Source: Phoronis australis
Taxonomy: Eukaryota > Animalia > Phoronida
DNA: 63,748 nt
NCBI GenBank assembly: GCA_002633005.1
Contig: NMRA01000428.1
Span: 21,335-85,082 of the forward strand
Direction: 5' to 3'
Shown: in pieces, positions 1 through 10,400 of the stretch
How the letters are laid out: every line of letters starts with the position of its first letter
How positions within the stretch are numbered: the stretch's first letter is position 1
Translations under genes and position numbers: made by a program
The notes under the pieces: generated by a model
What the model saw: the letters and a program-made list of their open reading frames with translations, nothing else
Databases searched by the model: none
Told to the model about the DNA's origin: nothing

Positions 1-107
1 GTGCCTTTTTTGTTTTGCTGGAGACGCTTTTGTTTTTTTTTTAATTTTTGGGTCCTGGCCCGAGGGGGGGGTTTAAACCCCCTGAACCCCCCGTAGATCC
101 GCCACTG
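1..107 (-). mobile_element. End of a non-autonomous DNA transposon (hAT-like MITE; terminus CAGTGGCGGATCTACGGGGG on the minus strand)
   Basis: GGGGGGGGTTTAAACCCCCTGAACCCCCCGTAGATCCGCCACTG ends at 107. This terminus type is common in invertebrate MITEs, and a related terminus starts at 63714. Confidence 0.6.
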
Positions 108-128
108 GCCTACTGGCCACACAAGTAC

Positions 129-228
129 ATGCCAACTGCAAACGTCTGGCGTGAAAGAACTAACACTACTCTACAAAAAAGAAACGACGGCGACTTGTAC
201 ATACCGATGGTGGTTACCGGGCAGTCAG
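129..228 (+). CDS. Protease, probable first coding exon (MPTANVWRERT...VTGQS)
   Basis: ATG at 129; donor CAG|GTACAT is phase 1, matching the acceptor at 347. Confidence 0.5.
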
Positions 229-3200
229 GTACATGTAATTATAGAGTTGTAGGAAGGAGTCAAATTTGATAAGCGACTGTCCGTTTCTAATTCAGTTTTA
301 GCTTGAGAGTTCCGACATGTACACGAACCAGATCTATATTTTCCAGATTTCATAGAGTCTCCTACAAAATTAACCGGTTCAACGACAGAATTCTTTGCTC
401 CTGGTAAAAACGTGATTTCGGGGCGGTTACACAAGTCTCTTGGTGAGGCGCTCCAATCAGTAGTGTTATTGGCAAAAGCAGACGGGACAGGAGTGGGATC
501 TGGGTTCCGTGTTGGTCCAACTTACGTCTTGACAAACTGTCACGTATTAAAAGGACTAAGTTATGAGCGTAAGTACAAACTTTACATAGCTTGAAGTAAG
601 ACATTTTGCTCACAAATAAACATGTACAACTGTATAGCGACCTGGCGTTTTGAAACTATTGAGATTTACTGCTATAAACTACGTTGTAACTTGCCTAACT
701 AGTGGATGGCCAGTCTTAAGTGTGCGGAAGGACATTCAGTGATTGTGTTGTATTACCTTGCATGTACACTATGCGTTTGTAGCGCCATTTTTAGCATATT
801 CCATATTTTGATTGTAACATTCACCTGTGGTAAAATCTTCACATTGATTTTACACCCCGTGAACATACTACCGGCTGTCATGTATTCAAGGAGTCATTGT
901 TTAATGTACGCGGGCTCCGATGGGTATATTTCCAATCGATTTCGAGTATAGGTCGTGTGCACAATTCAGTCGTACAGGTTTGATATTTTGGTTACTATGC
1001 ATTTCTTGTGCACTTTTTAAGCCACAAAACAAAGAGATGGTAAGCCAGAAGTGCAAATCTACAGAATTTCCAGTGTCGGCATTATCGACGTTATTACAGA
1101 TTGTAGATTTGTTTGTTTTGATACAACAGAAATATATCCGATTTTAGAGTACATATTAAGAAATATTTTTTTAAAACCGTGTGTATTTCAATAACGAATG
1201 TATTATTCACATAGATGTATTGATTTGGGTTACTGGCGGGTAAATTTAGTCTTCCGTTTGTTTTTATGGTAAAATGACCGCATCTTCAGAAATTCAAGCC
1301 CCGTATATTTTAAGCTGCATGCGCGCATGCAATCGTGCCTTGCCCGATTGTCCGATACAAAATGTTGGGGACCCCCCTTATGATATCCTAGATTCGTCAC
1401 TGAAGTGGAGTCATTTAGTGCATTCTATACTGCATTATGAGCTAATACGCCTTATTACTGACAGTCTATAGGGACTGAGACGAGAAAAACATGTTTCAAT
1501 TTGTATTTTCAAGTTCCATGCTCGGTAATTGTAACCACACCAATTACAAGTGAAACAGTGTTGCACTACACACTGACAGCTTCTGTCAAGTATCATCAGG
1601 CAACAGAATCTTTTTGTTGTAGTCTGCTTGGTTTGGTAGTACGGGGTGTCCACGAATTTATAATCGCTCAGTTTCACCAAAACATGACCATAACAAATAC
1701 CCCACACAAAATGCAGATCTATCGTTGGGTAAAGAAGTTTGAGACTGCAGGGACAATAAATGATATGAGGAAGAAGTCTTGTAGCAGATTTGGCAGAAAG
1801 TCAATGGTAAGATCTCCAGAAAACATTGCTAGAGTATACAGGAGTCAGTGGAACGTAGTCCCAAAAAATCTGTCCGTTAACCAATTAAAGGAACGCTCAG
1901 TACCTGGGGGTCAGCCACAGTTTTTGGGAAGAATTAGGCGTCAGAAATAGGAGAAGAGGTGCAAATGGTTTAAAGAGGAATATACAGTGGTTCCAGCAGG
2001 ATGGTACTACCCCTCATACAGCCACTGGCACTCTGGACTGGCTGGACAGCAAGTTACCTTTTCGTCTCAGCAGCCGTAAGCGCAATCTAGCATGTCAAAG
2101 GAGGAGTGCGAAAGGGTCAAGAATTACTTTGCTCGTAGAATTCAAGTGTGCCTCCAGCAGAACAGCTCCCATCTGAAGCATATCATCTAAATAACGATTA
2201 TTTTGTAGCCAGTAGAGCTATAGACTTGTAGTTTTCAGTACGAGATTTCTTAACTTCTTTAGTTTCCAGAAATGTATGGTTTATATACATTACATGTTGT
2301 GTACATAAAAAGTCTACTCACTGTATCAGGTACATGTATCATAAATTCCTGGACACCTTGTAATTAACCTAAAAACTCTGACTAGTGTATCATTTTATCA
2401 GTCACTTTGTTGATCACTTCTGTATTTTACAGCCAAGGATAACGTGGCTCTGATTAATTTTGACAAGCCTAGTATGTCGGGCACAGACGGTGTCGGAGCA
2501 GCGCCTATCCGCGCCATATTGGCTCATTGCGAGGACCTCGATGTGGCCGTCCTAGACCTCGATGTGGACGCAGAACTTCCAGCAGCCTTCAATCATTATG
2601 AAAAGATCAACAAATTCTCGCTTCCACCACCTATTGCTAAGTTTGCGACTATCGATGCGCAAGAATATGTTCATTTTATTGGACATCCAGCTGGCGATGG
2701 GAAAGTTGTGGATACGCTGTGTACTATTGACCATGATTGTACATCGCCACACAATACAGAAAAGGTGCTTTAACATTCCCAATGTCATTCAGAATAAGTG
2801 GAATGTGACCTACAATGTACTTTGGTCCACTTTTAAATACAACCAGTTAATCTAGTAGAGATTTTTTACATACACCCTGTACCTATATCGGTAGGGTTAC
2901 TGGACATTTGCCAGCTGGGTGCTTTTAATGCATGACATTTCATGTCAGGTGTTCTCTTGAGTTTAGAGAAAAAGACGGATAGAGATAATGCTTGTATTAA
3001 TTTTATGACTTAAACCCTTGGAAAAAGGTATATACTTTATATTATGCCTTTTAAATATACTCTTAAATTAAATCCTACGTACTCTTTCAATAATTTGGCA
3101 GTCATAGTTTTATACATCAGTGACGGACACATTACATTTTTTAATATGTCGCTTACGAAAACACGTTGTGGTACTTACAGCTCCTTGGGCTACACAGGAA

Positions 3201-3501
3201 ATATAACGACGACATGTTCAAGAAAATAGCTGACAGACGGCGAGCACTTTACCAATCTAGCTCAGAACTCGGCAACGGCAGCTCAGGAAGTCCAGGCTTT
3301 GTAGCTAACCACCAACAGGAGGTGTTCGTGGCCGTCATGCACACGTGCGGACACGACATAAGGGTGGCGCCTGGGGAATTTCATCTTAAAGAGATTGAGC
3401 AGGGAGTGAGAATGGAGTTCATTTATGACTTCTTTCTACGATATTATCCTGAGATGTGTGCGAACATTTTCAAGGGAAAAAGACCAGCTCGTGTAGTGTG
3501 A
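129..3501 (+). CDS. FAM111-like trypsin-like serine protease, join(129..228,347..568,2433..2764,3181..3501), about 324 aa
   Basis: Motifs GSGFRVGPTYVLTNCHV (His), EDLDVAVL (Asp), FIGHPAGDGKVVDTLC, GNGSSGSPGF (Ser), VAVMHTCG and EIEQG. GT-AG junctions have matching phases 1,1,0 and total 975 nt ending in TGA. The start codon is uncertain. Confidence 0.85.
347..568 (+). CDS. Protease exon with catalytic His (TNCHV)
   Basis: TTTTCCAG acceptor, C|GTAAGT donor, GSGF and TNCHV motifs. Confidence 0.85.
1642..2360 (+). mobile_element. Internally deleted Tc1/mariner transposon in protease intron 2
   Basis: TA-flanked TIRs CGGGGTGTCCACGAATTTAT / ATAAATTCCTGGACACCTTG. Transposase remnants: IYRWVKKFETAGT...RSPENIARV, WFQQDGTTPHTA, RIQVCLQQNSSHL, with frameshifts. 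Confidence 0.85.
2433..2764 (+). CDS. Protease exon with catalytic Asp (DLDVAVL) and FIGHPAG
   Basis: TTTTACAG acceptor phase 1; AAG|GTGCTT donor phase 0. Confidence 0.85.
3181..3501 (+). CDS. Protease last exon with catalytic Ser (GSSGSP)
   Basis: TTACAG acceptor phase 0; stop TGA at 3499-3501. Confidence 0.88.
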   Translation, partial: LLGLHRKYNDDMFKKIADRRRALYQSSSELGNGSSGSPGFVANHQQEVFVAVMHTCGHDIRVAPGEFHLKEIEQGVRMEFIYDFFLRYYPEMCANIFKGKRPARVV

Positions 3502-3513
3502 TCTATAATGGTT

Positions 3514-4015
3514 CGACCATGTGGTTTGATCATGAAGGGGTCAAAGTTTAGGTAAAATTTACAAACAAAAAAACAGTATGACCACGTTTGTACCAAAAGT
3601 GGGATGTTAACACTAGATGTGGTCCGTATAAAGCAATACACTGGCAAGGATTGCAAGTTGGCTTACGGATTCTGTTTCACTGGCTAAACTGTTGTAATTT
3701 AATGACCTAACTTTTTGAGAAAATGGTCGGGCAAGTTACCAACTCGTTTTCGCTCTTCATCTAAGAAACATGAAGAGTTTGCCAGGCCATATAACCGCCA
3801 ATACAGAATTAAGACGGAGTGCCCACAAACGCTCCGCATTAATCACTTCAGTCGACTGCCTTTACAACTATGACTTTGTACATTTCCTTATACGGACCGG
3901 AAGCCGCGTTCAAATCCCCCTCTTGGTATGGGCGTGGTCGTACTTTTTTCTATTTTTGTTGTAAATTTTACCTAAACTTTGACCCTTTCAAGTTGATCAT
4001 CAAACCACAAGGTCG
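3514..4015. mobile_element. Foldback/MITE-like element with imperfect inverted arms of about 130 bp, just after the protease stop codon
   Basis: CGACCATGTGGTTTGAT...GGTCAAAGTTTAGGTAAAATTTACAA is mirrored by TTGTAAATTTTACCTAAACTTTGACC...ATCAAACCACAAGGTCG. ORFs 3444-3656(-) and 3870-4097(+) share the peptide CKFYLNFDPF. Confidence 0.75.
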
Positions 4016-5775
4016 TGCTTTCAACAACAGGGTTCCTGTCTTTGACTATATGTGTGTTGGGATGCGTTGCTGGGGAACTCAGTGCCCACGCTCCTAAGGA
4101 GTTGGTATGATGAAAACATTGCTTTGAGAAATAATGAGAAGGCGAATTATTTATGAGCTTCAGTTAATAAGTGTCCCTTTCGCACTACAGATTCATTTTA
4201 CAGCTGTTGTTTTGAGTTCTCTACAAGATATCTAATCCTTACAAAACCTTTCAGTCTGCATAATTTTAAAACAACAGAACTGACTCAACAAATTATGAAA
4301 ACCTTCTGTTAGTTCGGTTGCAAAACGGATCCTTTCCATTCTGTTCCTATGGAATTTAATCGGCATCACTTCGTTGAGGGAATCTGTCACCTTTATAATG
4401 ACACTCTGGAACTGAGACATAAGAATCTGTTATGCAAGTTAACATAAATCACACATTTACCAGTGTCGTGTAGTGTTCCTGTATTGTGTTGACAGCGAAT
4501 CAACGTTAGCCATTGTAGTTTATTCACCCACAGGCAAAGTATCTGAGTGCCGCGTTATGTAGGCTTACTGTGTGCTACTGAACATGTTTTTATTTAATTG
4601 TGGTGAGTTGATTTAATATTACCAGAGCTATTTGTGTAAACGATATACTGTCCGTAATGTTGGGATGTCCATCAAAAGACAGCTGACGTTTCACTCTGCT
4701 GGCCGAGTTCCACTCTAGATCTACTATTTGTTCACAGCAGCGCTACCTTTTGGAATTCTAAGACATCAGTTCATATGTAATAATTGTCTGCACGTCGCGT
4801 GATTATATAGTTACCCTCTTGCCCCACTTCTAGTGCTTTGACACTACACGTTTCTTTGATTTTCTTCATTCCATTTTCATTGTTAATATCGTATCATCAG
4901 TTTTGTTTATATTAATACAACTTGTAATTGTTCCATTGTGTTTCACGGTCCAACAGTGGAGTCATCGGCTAAGTAGACAAGGCACCCTCCCGAACAATTG
5001 TCAATAAGTGACAAGTAATACTGTTGTGCACGCCATCTAGCGTAGCTTGTTACTTCTAGCTGTTCACCCAGTTTTAAGAATATAGGGTGTCGAAATATAT
5101 TTGCCAGGCTCAACTATTAAAACAACACAATCGCAATAAATGTCTACAATATGCTTGATTTACAAGACGTATAAACCCTATTTTAATCTGTTGCTTATGC
5201 ACACATGTATAAACACTTATTTTATTGTTGAGGAAAAAGTCAAACCGTTACTATTAATTCGTTAAGCCACTGTCTACTGAGAGATATAAACACTGCGCTC
5301 TCAAAGCTCATAATTCACCTGTGTGCATGTCGATCGTGCCATCATCGTCATTATATATGTGTTGGCAAGTCGTAAAATGTTTGTAACAATAAAAGCGTTT
5401 GATCAAATCTCTTGCGTTTACAGCCATAACAGAGCTTGAGTTTCGTGCACACATGTACGTACGTGCACAGACAATGTTACCATTATTGTGACCATGTATG
5501 CGCGTATTTAGGCCCATTGCGCCTATATCTTAAGTTGTGCCTTTATCGGTAACTCTGCCCGTGTGAACCATGTGTGAAACCATGCTCGGGATATTGGTGT
5601 ACCCTTTCTATTGTCAAGGCAACTGTATAAGAAACCAACTTGTTATTCACACCATCTAGGCATTAACAGCGGCACTAGCATACTGGTGTCTATTTATTCA
5701 TGGTTCAAACCTGAAGAAAGAAAAACTGTCTTCGTTGGTTCCTGACTGAAATAGGGACTAGTCTCTGTTGGTTCC

Positions 5776-5973
5776 TAGGGACTAGTTTATGTGACTGAAA
5801 TAGGGACTAGTTTATGTTACTGAAATAGGGACTAGTTTATGTGACTCAAATAGGGACTAGTTTATGTGACTGAAATAGGGACTAGTTTATGTGACTGAAA
5901 TAGGGACTAGTTTATGTGACTGAATTAGGGACTAGTTTATGTGACTGAAATAGGGACTAGTTTATGTGACTGA
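5776..5973. repeat. 25-bp minisatellite (TAGGGACTAGTTTATGTGACTGAAA), about 8 copies
   Basis: Direct tandem copies. Confidence 0.95.
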
Positions 5974-6863
5974 TAAGAACTGACAGTGCATTATTGTTGA
6001 GCGACTACATTCGGCCCTTAACCTGAGACAAAGTTAAACGTTAGGGTCGAGTTTCACAGAAGCAAGATATCGGGCGAGGGGATTAGCTTCGGTGCCAAAT
6101 TGTGTTTTGCTTGTAGTGGTGATATTTGGCTTGATCTTGTGTTTTCGCGAGCTGCTTGCGTCTCCGGGACGCTCATCTGTTCGGCTGTGGTAGAGGTCCC
6201 TTTTCATGGTGGTGGCGGTTACACGGAAGGACCGTAAACTTCACACGAGTATCATACAACATGAAATCTAATTGAAACCAATATGGAAACGCCAAAGGAA
6301 GTTAGTTTTATTTTACAACCACTGGTAAATACAATGTACAGAATCAAATTCGAGGGATTAACAAGACATCGACCGTGAGGATAATAATGTAAAAATGTGG
6401 ATTAATCAAGTTGTTGTGAGAATAGTTCAGAATGACACAACTATGTCAAGTGGGGATATCGGTGGTCTTAACTGCTTTGTTAGATGGCGCTGCTCAGTTA
6501 ACGCTTCCCTTTGCCTATGGGTCCATTTACGCGAAAGTGACGTACCAACTACTTGCACATCAACATCGTAATCTCTAATAGAAACAAATCTCCAAAGGCA
6601 AGAGACAATTATGTTTACTGTTGCTGTCGTCACAGAATATAATGTGATAAAACCGAAGAGTAAGAACTATCAGCTGTTCACAATGTGCAATGTCTTCTAT
6701 TGGAGTCTAAAACAAGTTGATTCTGAGAAGAATGCCGAAACATTATGACAAGTATTGATGCGGAAGTTATTTTAAAATTCCCAGTTTGTTGCACTGATAG
6801 CCAGAATCAAAATTGACAGACACAAGTTTAACACCAGAATCAACGGTAGCTCCAACGCTTAAA

Positions 6864-7023
6864 AACTCCATCCTTAGGTGCTTGCAAACCCACACACTTC
6901 ACTAACGGCGAACTCCACCCTTTAGGTGCATGCAAACCCACACACTTCACTAACAGCGAACTCCACCCTTTAGGTGCATGTAAACACACACACTTCACTA
7001 ACGGCGAACTCCACCCTTTAGGT
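6864..7023. repeat. 48-bp tandem repeat, about 3.4 copies
   Basis: AACTCCACCCTTTAGGTGCATGCAAACCCACACACTTCACTAACGGCG repeated. Confidence 0.9.
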
Positions 7024-7198
7024 ACAAGTAGAGGAAAAAGCCTATTAATTTGATGTTTGTTTTTATCTTGTGTACAGGGTGAAATATTGGCCTCAAACTT
7101 GTTGTTTTGATATTTGTGCTACAGTGGCGAAAAATTAGATATTGACTGTGTGTAAATAAACTGTTGGCCGGTTTTCAACACCCTCTGTTATCAAACAG

Positions 7199-7430
7199 GG
7201 CAGTTACAGTAAATGGAAGGCCGGCAAAGGCTGGTGAGCAAATTGGAACTATGCAGGCATCCCCTGGTGACAGACAGAAGAACTTCATGTTTGTCAGTGT
7301 GCGCAAGGTGCCTAGAAGTTATCGCAGAATGGGTTTTTACCTGAAAGTGAAAGAGCTTAAGAAGGATGGCGAGTGGGTGGACCCTACTAAGTACACGGAG
7401 AGGAACTCACTCTTTCCTAGTTGGGTGCAG
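7199..7430 (+). CDS. Giant gene exon 1 (first confidently traced): C-terminal half of the M23/LECT2-like domain
   Basis: AKAGEQIGT...NFMFVSVRK...WVDPTKY; AACAG acceptor, CAG|GTGAGG donor. Confidence 0.8.
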
Positions 7431-10400
7431 GTGAGGCATTTCTAGATTCCATGTTAATGTGAAAAGCCTTTTCATCCCTTTTTATCATTAATTTGACTTC
7501 ATGCAAAAACGTTTACTTTATTTCACATAAGTTTTACAGCACACATAAATATTTATATCTGACATGCCTAGATTTATTTGTAAAACGATAAATCACCTGC
7601 AAAATTTTCCGCTTTTTTGTCATTCTTCATTCCAAACCCTGAACATTGTACTTTCACTGAGTTAAAAATAAATAAATAGTTTGTAGATATTTGACTAAAT
7701 ACACAGACTTCTCCTTCCGGGCCTGCATAAGCTTAATAAGATATTTGGCCTGCATAAGCTTAATGAGATATTTGGCCTGCATGAGCTTAATGAGATATTT
7801 GGCCTGCATAAGCTTAATGAGATATTTGGCCTGCATAAGCTTAATGAGATATTTGGCCTGCATAAGCTTAATGAGATATTTGGCCTGCATAAGCTTAATG
7901 AGATATTTGGCCTGCATAAGCTTAATGAGATATTTGGCCTGCATAAGCTTAATGAGATATTTGGCCTGCATAAGCTTAATGAGATATTTGGCCTGCATAA
8001 GCTTAATGAGATATTTGGCCTGCATAAGCTTAATGAGATATTTGGCCTGCATAAGCTTAATGAGATATTTGGCCTGCATAAGCTTAATGAGATATTTGGC
8101 CTGCATAAGCTTAATGAGATATTTGGCCTGCATAAGCTTAATGAGATATTTGGCCTGCATAAGCTTAATGAGATATTTGGCCTGCATAAGCTTAATGAGA
8201 NTATCTGGCCTGCATAAGCTTAATAAGATATTTGGCCTGCATAAGCTTAATAAGATATTTGGCCTTACAATCCACATTGATATTTCTGAAAAGTAATCAA
8301 TACTCGAACAAAATAGCAGTATGTGAGGCTTCACATACCTGTCATTTACTGACATATATTGATGAGCTCATAATCACATGACTAAAGCTTAATTCAGCAT
8401 GAATGCAATGGAAGCATGTGACCACTCTCCTGTCTTTTAAGACTGAAAAAAGGTGTTAACAAAGTCACTTTTTGGGAAACTGACCCTAGTTCATAAAATC
8501 CTGTGTTCTGTCACTTCTTGTAGGAGTGCAATGACCGCATAGTCACACATCTGGGCAAACGTGCGGACTCTGGTGCGTTTGCGGACAAGAAAAATAACCA
8601 GGCCAAGACATTGAAGCGAGACATGAAACGAAGTCAGGGAGAATTCATGAACAGGTGAACACTGCTCCAGCATCATTTCTATAAGCTATTAGTTGTCTAT
8701 GTACATCAGCCTCTGGTCTTATTGAATGGCTCACTGAGTCATGCATCAACTTCAAGGAAAATTTGCTATGCTTATAATATCTTGCTTATTGTGTAAGTAG
8801 ACTGATGATATATTTAGAAATGATATGACTACATCACCACCTTAAAGCAGTTTAGGAAGTTATTATGTATTGAGTACATTCACGTATACTGAGATAGATC
8901 GAATGAATCTTCAGGAATGTAACTCAATTTTTTGACGATAACCCTGCGTGCTCAAGGGATTGATTATTACCTAAACAAATTAGTGTTTTCTCTCTCCTGA
9001 GAACATTACAGTTAATTCCTAAGGGCTCTCAAAGTCATTTTTAAATGTTGTTTAAATGCACTCTTTAAATGCATTCTGTTTGTTAAGATATCGCGCCCCC
9101 GAGCCACCTTACCGACCTGCCAATGTGGATATGAGAGCACAGCGCCCTCTGTCAGAACAACTGAAAGGTGTCATTGATTTTGTCAGTGATGTCAAGGCTC
9201 TGTTGGGAGGAGAGTAAGTTATTATTATTTGTAGTTAAAACTGGTGCTGTAGCTGGAGCTTAGTTATAACTGGTGCTGTAGCAGAAGCTTAGTTATAATG
9301 GTGCTGTAGCAGAAGCGTAGTTATAACTGGTGCTGCAGCACAACTGTAGTTATAACTGGTGCTTTAGCAGAAGTGTTGTTATAACTGCATGGTGCTGTAG
9401 CAGCAGTGTTGTGATCTACAAGTTGTTGAATATTTCTTTTTAGGAATTTTAACATCTTGCTACTCAGCACCTACCTTTCCCTAAGTTATGTTTAATTATG
9501 TGAACTTTAAAACTTGATTGAAGGGTGTGAGTTCTTTCCACTCAACAACTCTATTTTGTCATTTTGTGTTCACAAGTGGCACCTTATCGTATGTGATCAA
9601 GTCGTGCTGAATCCCAGAATTCACTACGCAAAACGATGAACACACTTTTAGTAATATTCCTTCATTCAAATGATTCTGTTGTTGAGTGGAACAAAATTGA
9701 CACAACAATCTATTCAACCTTTCAACATAGCATAGGTCGTCTATCAAATAATTTTTATCAGCATTCCTCATTGTGACCTTTACCGGTTTTTGCATTTTAA
9801 AGAATTTTTAGTTCTTTAAAATTGAACTTTCACCTGGCTAATTCCTCATCTCTGTGATTGCTTGGTCAAATTTGTTAGAAACACAACATATAGCCATGAT
9901 GTGGATAAATTATGAAGTAGATTAAAAATTGCCAAATGATTTTAAGAATGAGTTTTTTGGCCGCTATAAATCACTGAACCATGTCCAGTATGTATCGTGA
10001 CGTGGTGCTGGAGTAGAACTGCATGCGGCGGGCCATGTGAGCCTACGGGATACGTAAAGTTCACTTATTTGCAGAATTTTTTGTTTTCACATATAAGTTG
10101 TCAATGAATACAACAGTACTGTATTAGCGTAGATGATGTTCAAATAGCATTGTCGTTTAGTTCCTGCTATACATTAGCATAGTTAGGAGCATGCAAATAC
10201 ATCTTTAAATGGGAAATTGTTTTGTGGTTTATGTGCATATTGTGCAAGTTCATCTGTCAAACTTTGCTAAATATTATATTTGGAGACATTGCTTACCATT
10301 GTTTGTGCCATTCACTACCCTATCAGCTTCTGAGCATGTTGAAATTTGTTATCCAGCACATCAAAGATTTGGAAAATTGCTGAACGATTCGATGTTGGTC

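Noticed and set aside
1501-1950. 149-aa ORF as an active transposase
   Set aside because: It starts outside the TIR, is frameshifted and lacks most of the catalytic domain
129-7430. Fusion of the protease to the giant protein
   Set aside because: The last protease exon ends in TGA and I found no convincing in-phase donor; only transcript data could revive this
7654-8355. 233-aa and 201-aa repetitive ORFs (LIKLMQAKY / YLACISLMR)
   Set aside because: They arise from a 27-bp intronic minisatellite whose length is a multiple of 3; there is no splice or homology support
8915-8935. Alternative exon 2 starting ECNSIF after TTCAG
   Set aside because: TGA follows after six codons and there is no suitable donor; 8524-8654 fits both phases
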